Assembly (NCBI RefSeq): GCF_006345805.1
Contig: NW_021826074.1
Location: 1-13,743, forward strand
Reading direction: 5' to 3'
DNA from: Octopus sinensis
Taxonomy: Eukaryota
DNA length: 13,743 nucleotides
Both the position numbers and the translations under genes were made by a program. This document shows, piece by piece, positions 1 to 9,564 of the stretch (position 1 is its first letter; each line of letters starts with the position of its first letter). The notes below the pieces were generated by a model that was not told where the DNA came from, searched no databases, and was given only the letters and a program-made list of their open reading frames with translations.

Positions 1-713
1 TGAAAAGATACGCATTATCAAAAAGACATCACCAACGAGTGATAAATACGGGACAAAATACCATAAGAAGTCTTATCCTTCCTCAGTTGTCGACTGTAAT
101 ATTTCTCCTCGTTTCGTGCTTTTAACGATAAGGCAGGAAAACTTCATAAGACAGTAGCATCTAGAACTTTTAAAAATATAGAATTTTTGGAGGGTTAGGG
201 CTTCGAACGAACAAACGACGACAAACGAAGAAAACAATGGACGACGACAAATATTAAGGGCCGTTAGGACAAGATGAATTGTAATGGGTAACGCCTGGGA
301 GAAATTTTGAATATAGGAGAGAAAAAATATCGAGAGGCGAAAGAAATGACGTCCGGCTGGCTGGCCGTGGAATCTAGAAAAGACAGAGTGACAAGAAAAA
401 TGGCCCGTAGCCAATGGGAAGGGGTACAAGAGAGAGGATGAGGTAAAGAAACAAAGGGTGTAAGGTGAAGGGAGAAAGAAATAAAGATAGTAGAGAGTGA
501 AAGAAGGACAGACAGCGGACAGCAAAGAAGGAGGTTGAGGAAAAGAAATATAGGAGATGATAGAGGGACAGAGAGAAAGAAAAGATAATAGGCAGGGAAC
601 AGAGTGTTGAGTCGCAGAGATTATATATAAATGTAAATATTTACTGTTGATAAGGGCTGCGTGACGTTCAGTTATTAAATAAATGAAAAATACAGATACA
701 TACATATGTACAT

Positions 714-714
<1 letters not shown>

Positions 715-777
<63 letters not shown>

Positions 778-810
778 ACATATATATATATATATTATAT
801 GTATGTATAT
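715..810. repeat. Compound (CA)n/(TA)n microsatellite abutting the 3' end of the minus-strand SINE
   Basis: Direct reading: (CA)n ~715-780, then (TA)n/tatg to ~810. Confidence 0.95.
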
Positions 811-1206
811 GTGTTTCAGTCCTTTGACTGTGGCCAGGCTGAAGCAACGCCTAGGAGAATTTTCCGTCGAACAAATCGACCCCAGGACGTATATTTTAAG
901 CTTAGTACTTATTCCATCTGTCGTTTTTGCCGACTGCTAATTTACAGGAACGTAAAGGCCCCAACACCGGTCATCAAGTGGTGATGGTGGAACAAACACA
1001 GACATAAAGACACACACATAGATGTACATATGAATAGATACAACGGACTTCTTTCAGTTTCCGTCTACCAAATCCATCCACGAGTCCCTGGTCGGTCCAA
1101 GGCAATAGTAGAAGACACTTGCCTAAAGTGCCGCGCAGTGGGATTGAAGACGGAACCATGTGGTTGGGAAAGCTTCTTACCAGACACACGCACGCACATA
1201 CAGCCT
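811..1206 (-). mobile_element. tRNA-derived SINE, near full length (octopus-type family)
   Basis: The minus strand has degenerate Pol III A-box-like (TGTCTGGTAAG, 1176-1186) and B-box-like (GTCTTCAATCCC, 1140-1151) motifs, then AGGCAAGTGTCTTCTACTAT. It also carries the module AATAAGTAC...TGGGGTCGATTTGTTCGAC shared with the SINE copies at 12287-13673. Family assignment is from recall. Confidence 0.8.
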
Positions 1207-1350
1207 CCCCCCACACACACACATTTCTTTCACATTAGCATGTGGCTGAACCGTTTCATTTTTTTAATTAGTTGTTGAGCACTTTGTTTAAACAAGTTAA
1301 GATATATGTGGGTCCCGTTCTTGTCTGTTTGCCATATAGATAGACACACA

Positions 1351-1414
1351 CATACATACATACATACATACATACATACATACATACATACATACATACA
1401 TACATACATACATA
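1351..1414. repeat. (CATA)16 tetranucleotide microsatellite
   Basis: Perfect CATA array read directly. Confidence 0.97.
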
Positions 1415-1538
1415 CTTGTGTGTGTGTGTGTCTGTGTGTCCATATGGATACATACGTACAGTTGGAAGTAATTGTGGAAGAAGCCATGAAAAAGAGAACT
1501 TAGAGAAAAAGTCAAAGGTGGTGTGTTGAACGAGAAAC

Positions 1539-1578
1539 AGGTGTGTGTTTTGTATGTGTGTGTGTGTGTATGTGTGTG

Positions 1579-1618
<40 letters not shown>
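1539..1618. repeat. Imperfect (TG)n microsatellite
   Basis: Direct reading. Confidence 0.95.
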
Positions 1619-1621
<3 letters not shown>

Positions 1622-1682
1622 TGTTTCAGTCTAAAGCTGACAACAAGGTGTGGACACTGGAAGAATTAATGTAAAAAGCGAT

Positions 1683-1815
1683 AAGAGAGACAGTGAGAGA
1701 GATATAGAGAAATAAAGAGCGATTGTGAGAGCAAGAGATCACCAGGGTAAGAGGGAGAATGAGAGAGAGGAGAGAGACAGAGACAGAGACAGACAAACAG
1801 ACAGGCAGACAGAGA
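1683..1815. repeat. GA/GACA-rich low-complexity tract
   Basis: Degenerate GAGA/GACA repeats. Confidence 0.8.
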
Positions 1816-2154
1816 GGTTGTAGGATCTAGATGAACAACAGATGACAAACAGATTAAACCACATTTTACTCCTGTTGTTTTGACTTATATCTTCATACTC
1901 TACCGAAACACAATTAATGACAACAGGACTCGACACATTTTTAGTTTGCCTTCCGATTTTTTTTTGTTTTGATGGAAAGGAGTTGGTGTTGGGAATTTAT
2001 TTCTTTTTTTACTGATTTATTTCCTTTATTTATTTAACTGTTATGTTGCATTTTGTATTTTGTGTCGGCAGTGATTTGAGTCTTGTGTGGCTTGGAGTTT
2101 TAAACATTTTTTTTATGTACAACAGTCAAGGGCATAGTTTAACGGAGACAAAAA

Positions 2155-2238
2155 CATACATATACACACATATGCACATACATACATAAAACTGTATATA
2201 TATATATATATATATATACTTATACACACACACACACA

Positions 2239-2273
<35 letters not shown>

Positions 2274-2279
2274 ACACAC

Positions 2280-2310
<31 letters not shown>

Positions 2311-2335
2311 GATGTATAATACAGACACACACACA
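2155..2335. repeat. Compound (TA)n-(CA)n-(TA)n microsatellite
   Basis: Direct reading. Confidence 0.95.
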
Positions 2336-2587
2336 TTTATACGAGTAAGCACATAAATGCAAATAAGGGGGAAAAAAAAGGTAGTCGAATACGGAGATAT
2401 GTGATTCAAAATTTTAATTCCATTCTTGATCACAACTGCCTTGACCAACGGAACGTGAAACTCTAAGTAGCATTTTTTTTTTGTGATTTTGCAACTTTAG
2501 AAAAAGAAATAATATATATATATATATATATATAATATATATTATTTTTTGTCCAACCTCTGTATATATATATATATATATATATAA

Positions 2588-2618
2588 TACAGAGGTTGGA
2601 CAAAATAATGGAAACACC
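2588..2618 (+). mobile_element. Tc1/mariner-like terminal inverted repeat tip (orphan fragment)
   Basis: TA|CAGAGGTTGGACAAAATAATGGAAACACC starts at a TA with CAG, like Tc1-family TIRs (recalled similarity). An inverted partial copy lies at 2541-2564. No full partner end or transposase is seen in the window. Confidence 0.6.
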
Positions 2619-2666
2619 TAGCATCATAACAACATAATTTTGAAATATCTATAAAACCGTCACAAC

Positions 2667-2998
2667 ATCATCATTATCGTTAATCGTCATCATAATCCCA
2701 TCTTCTCCCTCCTCTCATCCTCATCATCATTAGCATCATCATTATCTTTGTCATCGCCGACTCGTCGTCATTATTGATACCTTATTTGTTGTAGATATTG
2801 TAATTACTAATTATTTTCTTTCCTTTTGTTCCTTTATTTTTAGTTTCGTTTGTTGCTCTTTTTGTTGTTGTTGCATATATTTTGGGGTATTTTTGAATAT
2901 TTTGTGGTAATGATATTTGTTGGGGTAGGAAAAGGACAAATTCCTAACTGATGAAGGGTTCTGTCATTGAAACAAGTCTTCACTTCATACATTCATTG
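2667..2998. repeat. Left arm of long inverted duplication (partner 4868-5251)
   Basis: Manual reverse-complement alignment. The inner 89 bp are identical; the rest differs by a few substitutions and small indels plus a (CAA)n length difference. Confidence 0.97.
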
Positions 2999-3084
2999 TA
3001 TGTTTTTTGATTTATTATTAACGTTGCTTAATATGTTTTGCTAAAATTGTTGTTTCTTTTCAGATATCATCAGAAAAATGTCAT

Positions 3085-4040
3085 TAAAATTCATTAAAAT
3101 GACAGATCTATCGAACTTTCAAAGAGGTCAAGACTGCTTACCACCACCATACTCACATATGAACACATCATTGACCAACAAAATACTGATGACTGTCGTC
3201 TAATAGCTCATGTTCCAGAAGTCCTTCCAGCCAGCATCTCGGAGGTAGCTGTTACTGCTTATAAAAGAAAGAGCTCAGCATAACATTCCGAAAACTAAGG
3301 TCATCTGTCAATGTCAAATTACATGCCCTCTTTCCTCCGTACTTTCTCAGTACGGCATCAGCAACGAACCACATCACCCAAAATTCAGATACCTTGGTTG
3401 CAAAATTTCCATTGAGTGAGGAGATTACAAACTGCTTGAGACAGACCTCTACAGCCTTTCGAAGACTCAAAAAGTAAGTATTTCTATCTAAACATTTGCA
3501 TCTCAATATCGAACTCTTAATCTTTCGTGCAATTTTTATTTATATCTTCCTGTAGCGTGCGCTCAACAGGAGGACAGAAATATTGTGTGGAAACCTTATA
3601 CAGCGGGCACAATAATGCGCTTCGGGGCTTTTAAACCCCTGTGTTTCTAGAAGATTCTTTACCTCTCATTTCGAAATATAATTATACACACAGAAATCAT
3701 CCGCTGGATCAAAACCAGAAGCATCGTATACATACCGTACAAACTTCATCTGAGATGGTTCACACATGTAATGCGCTTGCCTGGTTCATGTCTCTCCAGA
3801 AGGAGACATGAATCAAGCAAGTGCATTACACAGCTATATGTAGTCATATGTAGGAATAAAACACTAACCCTTCAAGAGTGCAAGACATCGCGACCAGCCC
3901 CTTACATTTACATTCGTACTCCTGGAAGGGGAATTGAAGATATGTGGAAGAAACATACTCAAGAGTATCGAGAGAAAAGTCTTCCTATAGACTAATACCT
4001 CGACTGTCCAACCATGCGTTCACAAATCTCGTCTTTAAAC
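3085..4040 (+). mobile_element. Decayed RTE-clade LINE fragment (C-terminal half of the RT ORF, with stops and frameshifts)
   Basis: Collinear motifs across shifting frames: TDDCRLIAH (3185-, cf. YADDCALIAH), KTKVICQ (3291-), FRYLG (3384-3398), EEITNCLRQTSTAFRRLKK (3418-3474, cf. EIxxRIxKASxAFGRL), VETLYSGH (cf. ETWTLY), LRWFTHVMRLP (3750-3782, cf. LRWAGHVxRM). Boundaries are approximate. Confidence 0.85.
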
Positions 4041-4166
4041 AAAACTATCCAGCAAGAATTTGGATGTATAGTTATGAAATAATCTTCAATTCAAGATGAT
4101 TAGGCATCGTTGAATACGATAGAGAGCTATAAGCAGTAAGCAAGCAAAATATACATGAATGCACAC

Positions 4167-4168
<2 letters not shown>

Positions 4169-4249
<81 letters not shown>

Positions 4250-4260
4250 TACACACACAC
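4169..4260. repeat. (AC)n microsatellite
   Basis: Perfect to ~4240, then imperfect. Confidence 0.97.
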
Positions 4261-4360
4261 TCACGTGGTTATGTCTATTGTTGTTATAAATGCATTGATC
4301 TGTGAGTGTGACTATGTGTATGTATGGTTTGTTGTTATTGTGCATGTGTGTGTCTGCTTG

Positions 4361-4881
4361 AGTGTTATTTTATGTGTGTGTGTGTGTGAATGTGTGTGTT
4401 GCTGAGTGTGTATATGACTAAGTGATACTGTGAGTATGAATGAGTGTGTGTATACTTGAGTATGAAGTTGAGTGAAGCTGCAAGCATATGGTCGAGTATG
4501 GCTGTGTTCATGGCTGAGCATGGATCAGTGTATGGTTTGATATGGCTGTGTATATGCATGTGTGCGTGTATGATTGTGTATGAGTGCGTATGTATCAATG
4601 AATGTATGAAGTGTTATTTTATGTGCACATGTGTGTGTTGCTGAGTGTGTGTATGACTAAGTGAGGCAGTGAGGATAAATGAGTGTGTGTGTGTACTTGA
4701 GTATGAGGTTGAGTGAAGCTGCAAGCGTATGGTCGAGTATGGCTGTGTTCATGGCTGAGCATGGCTGAGTGTATGGTTTGATACGGCTGTGTATATGTAT
4801 GTGTGTGTGCGTGTGTGCGCTCGTACTGAGTGTGGCCGTGTGTGGTTGTGTATGAGTGCGTATGTATCAATGAATGTATGA
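4361..4881. repeat. Two tandem copies (~249 and ~272 bp) of a cryptic TG-rich unit
   Basis: Both copies begin AGTGTTATTTTATGTG (4361, 4610), share GAGTGAAGCTGCAAGC.TATGGTCGAGTATGGCTGTGTTCATGGCTGAGCATGG, and end TATGTATCAATGAATGTATGA. Confidence 0.92.
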
Positions 4882-4995
4882 AGTGAAGACTTGTTTCAAT
4901 GACAGAACCCTTCATCAGTTAGGAATTTGTCCTTTTCCTACCCCAACAAATATCATCACCACAAAATATTCAAAAATAGCCCCCAAAATATATGC

Positions 4996-5042
<47 letters not shown>

Positions 5043-5251
5043 CTACAACAACAAAAGAGCAACAAACGAAACTAAAAATAAAGAAGGAACAAAATGAAAG
5101 AAAATAATTAGTAATTACAATATCTACAACAAATAAGGTATCAATAATGACGACGACGTCGGCGATGACAAAGATAATGATGATGCTAATGATGATGAGG
5201 ATGAGGGGAGGGAGAAGAGGGATTTTGATGACGATTAACGATAATGATGAT
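4868..5251. repeat. Right arm of long inverted duplication (partner 2667-2998), with expanded (CAA)n
   Basis: Reverse complement of 2667-2998. About 20 CAA units here versus 3 in the left arm. Confidence 0.97.
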
Positions 5252-5279
5252 AACCGTCACTGATGAGGATAATATAGAT

Positions 5280-5491
5280 AGTATTGCTGATGATGGTTAG
5301 TGATGACGGTGTTGGTGGTAACGATGACGATGATGATGATGATGATGATGATGACGACGATGATGATGATGATGATGACTATGATGATGATGATGATGAT
5401 GATAGTGATGATGATGATGATGATGTTGATGTTGATGATGATGATGATGAGAAGGAGGAGAAAGAAATGGGTGATGATGATATGGTGATGG

Positions 5492-5523
<32 letters not shown>

Positions 5524-5671
5524 TTGATGATGAATGATGATATTGATGATGTGATTCTGCTATTGATGCTGGTGGTGGTACTGTTGTTGCTGCTGCTGTT
5601 ACTGCTGCTACTATTGATGATGACGATGATGATGATGATGATGAGATGATGATGATGATGATGATGATGAC

Positions 5672-5706
<35 letters not shown>

Positions 5707-5770
5707 CGATGGTGGTGACAATAGTTGTGATTATGATGATGAACGTGACGACGACAAAGACGACGACGGC
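5280..5770. repeat. Imperfect (GAT)n trinucleotide block with CTG/GAC variants
   Basis: Direct reading. It explains the poly-D/M/H/S/I ORFs. Confidence 0.95.
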
Positions 5771-6049
5771 ATGGCGGATAATAAACAGAAAAAAAGCAAC
5801 AAAACAAAAAAGAACAACAAAAGCATTTTTTAACAACAACAACAACATCGTAATAAAGATAAATGTAGAAAGAAAGAAAAGAAGGAAGAGAACAACGAAT
5901 GAGAAGAAACCAAAAATGTGAAAAAAAATACAACAAAGAAGAAAAGTGATGGAGAGTGGCGGGGGGGGGGTTAGGATCATTCTGCAATAGGTTTTGAAAC
6001 AGTACAGATCCTGTTCATGTAAGGGTCATGAATAACTGAGGAGAAAAAA

Positions 6050-6072
6050 GGGGGTAGGGTTGGGCAGGCGGG
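6050..6072 (+). other. Canonical G-quadruplex motif
   Basis: GGGGG TA GGG TT GGG CAGGC GGG fits G3+N1-7 x4. Folding is not demonstrated. Confidence 0.55.
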
Positions 6073-6206
6073 CAGGTGGATATTGGGGGGACGGACGTAT
6101 ATTTTCAGTCATCGATAACTGTCTAAAGGGAATTGTCAAGGGAACCGAAGGATGCTGGCATGAGAACAACAGCAACAACAATGACGACTAAGACGACGAT
6201 GATGAT

Positions 6207-7885
6207 GACAACAACAACAACAAGAGTAATGACAACAATAACAAGAGCAACAAGAGCGGTTACAACAACAAATATAAACAGCTACAATACCAATAACAAT
6301 AACAACAAAAAGTGCATCACCAGCTACGACAACAACAACAACAACAACAACAACAAACAACAACAAGAGTAATGACAACAATAACAAGAGCAACAACAGC
6401 GGTTACAACAACAAATTATAACAGCTACAATACCAATAACACAACAACAAAAAGTACATCACCAGCTACGACAACGACAACAACAACAACAACAACAACA
6501 AGAGTAATGACAACAATAACAAGAGCAACAACAGCGGTTACAACAACAAATATATAACAGCTACAATACCAATAACAACAACAACAAAAAGTACATCACC
6601 AGCTACGACAACGACAACAACAACAACAACAACAACAAGAGTAATGACAACAATAACAAGAGCAACAACAGCGGTTACAACAACAACTATATAACAGCTA
6701 CATACCAATAACAACACAACAAACAGTGCATCACCGCTACGACAAAACAACAACAACAACAACAAGAGTAAGACAACAATACAAGAGCAACAACAGCGGT
6801 TACAACAACAATATATAACAGCTACAATACAAAACACAACAACAAAAAGTACAATCACCAGCTACGACAACGACAACCACAACAACAACAAAACAACAGA
6901 GTAATGACCACAATAACAAGAGCAACAACAGCGGTTACAACAACAACTATATAACAGCTACAATACCAATAACAACAACAACAAAAAGTGCATCACCAGC
7001 TACGACAACAACAACAACAACAACAAGAGTAATGACAACAATAACAAGAGCAACAACAGCGGTTACAACAACAAATATATAACAGCTACAATACCAATAA
7101 CAACAACAACAAAAAGTGCATCACCAGCTACGACAACAACAACAACAACAACAAGAGTAATGACAACAATAACAAGAGCAACAACAGCGGTTACAACAAC
7201 AACTATATAACAGCTACAATACCAATAACAACAACAACAAAAAGTGCATCACAAGCTACGGCAACAACAACAACAACAACAAGAGTAACGACAACAATAA
7301 CAAGAGCAACAACAGCAACAATACCAATAACAACAACAACAAAAAGTGCATCACAAGCTACGACAACAACAACAACAACAACAAGAGTAACGACAACAAT
7401 AACAAGAGCAACGACAGCGGTTACAACAACAAATATATAACAGCTACAATACCAATAACAACAACAAAAAGTGCATCACAAGCTACGACAACAACAACAA
7501 CAACAACAAGAGTAACGACAACAATAACAAGAGCAACAACAGCGGTTACAACAACAAATATATAACAGCTACAATACCAATAACAACAACAAAAAGTGCA
7601 TCACCAGCTACGACAACAACAACAACAACAAGAGTAACGACAACAATAACAAGAGCAACGACAGCGGTTACAACAACAAAATATAACAGCTACAATACCA
7701 ATAACAACAACAAAAAGTGCATCACCAGCTACGACAACAACAACAACAACAACAAGAGTAACGACAACAATAACAAGAGCAACAACAACGGTTACAACAA
7801 CAAATATAAACGGCTACAATACCAATAACAACAAAAAAAAGTGCATCACCAGCTACGACAACAACAACAACAACAACAACAACAA
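6207..7885. repeat. CAA-rich minisatellite, 13 copies, mean ~129 bp
   Basis: Anchors AGAGTAA, GCGGTTAC, AGCTACAATACC and GTGCATCACCAGCTACG recur. 13 units counted by eye, with length varying by CAA number. Confidence 0.95.
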
Positions 7886-8084
7886 TATCTCTTAGAGGAC
7901 TTGCAAAAGCAAGAGCAACAGCTACAACAATAGCTATAACAACTACAACAACAACAACAACAACAACATCAGCAACAGCAACAACAACAGCAGCAACGTT
8001 AATAGTTAACGTAACGTGGAACAACGTAATGTCGTAAGATGATAAAACAATTACACGCAGCGTTGTTGGGATATCTACTCTCAC

Positions 8085-9126
8085 TACCACCACCACTGCC
8101 GCCGCCGCATTCGCCATCATCACAACAACCACCACCGCTACCATTTACCCCGCCATCACCACCATCACCACCACCATCCTCCTCCTCCTCCTCCTCCTCA
8201 TCATCATCATCATCCCCATCATCACCACCATCACCACCACCATCCTCCTCCTCCTCCTCCTCCTCCTCCTCATCATCATCATCATCCCCATCATCATCAT
8301 CATCATCATCATCATCCTCATCATCCTCATCCTTATCCTCATCCTCCTCCTCCTCCTCCTCCTCATCATCATCATCATCATCACTAGCAGCAGCAGCAGT
8401 ACCACCATTTCCATCGCCACCACTACCACCATCATCACTACCACCACCACCACCACCACAACTACCACCACCACCACCTCCACTACCACTGCATCCACCA
8501 CCACCACAACCCCTACCACAATCACTACCACCACCACCACAGCCACCACCACCACCACCACCACCACCACCACCACCTCCACTAACACTGCATCCACCAC
8601 CACCACAACCCCTACCACAATCACTACCACCACCACCACCACCACCACCACCTCCACTACCACTGCATCCACCACCACCACAACCCCTACCACAATCACT
8701 ACCACCACCACCACAGCCACCACCACCACCACCACCACCACCACCACCACCACCACCACCACCTCCACTACCACTGCATCCACCACCACCACAACCCCTA
8801 CCACAATCACTACCACCACCACCACAGCCACCATAACCACCACAGCCACCGTAACCACCACCACCACCACCACCTCCACGGCCACTACATCCACCACCAC
8901 AACCACCACTACCACAACTATCATAACCACCGCCACCACCACCTCCACTACCACTACATCCACCACCCCAACCACAAACACCACCACAACCACTACCACA
9001 ATCGCTACCGCCATCACCACAACCACCACCACCACCATCAGTACCACCATCATCATCATCATTGTCGTCATCGTCACTATGATCAAGACCAGCAGCAGCA
9101 AAAACAGCACCACCACTACCATCTCC
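8085..9126. repeat. CAT/CCT/CAC trinucleotide-derived block with an internal higher-order repeat
   Basis: Unit ACCTCCACTACCACTGCATCCACCACCACCACAACCCCTACCACAATCACT (one copy with a variant base) at ~8476, 8575, 8650 and 8761. Confidence 0.92.
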
Positions 9127-9564
9127 GTATCTTTTCGGTTTGAACGGTAGTTTTTTCTAGCGGTGTCATATGAAATTGTCACCCATAATTATGACCCTAG
9201 TATCGATCTATTGCATTTCAATCTGTTTTAGGGTTAGAGTTAGTTTGGGTTAGGGTTAGGGTTAGGGGTGGGGAAAGGGTATCTTTTTTTCTTCACAAAT
9301 GTAAATAAACCCAATCTGTTTCTTAAACGAGGGACATATTCATACCGCACAGAATGTTTTTTTACCTCAATGGACGTCACTGATTGGTTGAAATTGCAGA
9401 AATTGAAGAAAAAAACAACAAATATCTTACAAACTATAGAATTTTCTCAATAAAGACAAGAGAAAAAGATGTTTTATAAACACATTCTACCAGTATACGA
9501 AGTTTAAATTTTTTTTGTTACCTAGAAATTATGTTAAAAACTGCCGTTCAAACCGAAAAGATCC
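9127..9564. mobile_element. 438-bp non-autonomous DNA transposon (MITE) with ~29-bp TIRs and 8-bp TSD
   Basis: 5' end GTATCTTTTCGGTTTGAACGGTAGTTTTT versus 3' end AAAAACTGCCGTTCAAACCGAAAAGATCC (2 mismatches). Flanked by the direct repeat CCATCTCC (9119-9126, 9565-9572). The CAC repeat resumes in register on both sides. Confidence 0.92.
9228..9279 (+). repeat. Telomere-like (TTAGGG)n / G4-capable tract inside the MITE
   Basis: TTAGGG TTAGAG TTAGT TTGGG TTAGGG TTAGGG TTAGGGG TGGGG AAA GGG, with six G-tracts in 9247-9279. Confidence 0.85.

Noticed and set aside
1-700. Purine-rich segment with TGACGTC (348-354) and CCAAT (411-415) as a promoter
   Set aside because: No downstream gene. It may be an interspersed repeat, but no termini or second copy are visible in the window.
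3053-3555. Splice-like signals: acceptor TTTCTTTTCAG (to 3063), donor GTAAGT (3474), acceptor TTCCTGTAG (to 3555)
   Set aside because: RTE homology runs straight through the putative intron and the putative exon has stops. Cryptic exonisation cannot be supported without RNA data.
3771-3995. 74-aa ORF MRLPGSCLSRR...
   Set aside because: Its start is the RTE RT motif remnant. It is part of the decayed LINE, not a gene.
6207-7885. Minisatellite as a CRISPR array or mucin exon
   Set aside because: Units are repeated end to end with no unique spacers and no cas genes, the context is eukaryotic, and frames shift or stop within one or two units.
9228-9267. True telomere or chromosome-fusion scar
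   Set aside because: Only a few imperfect units, and they lie wholly inside a TSD-flanked MITE.
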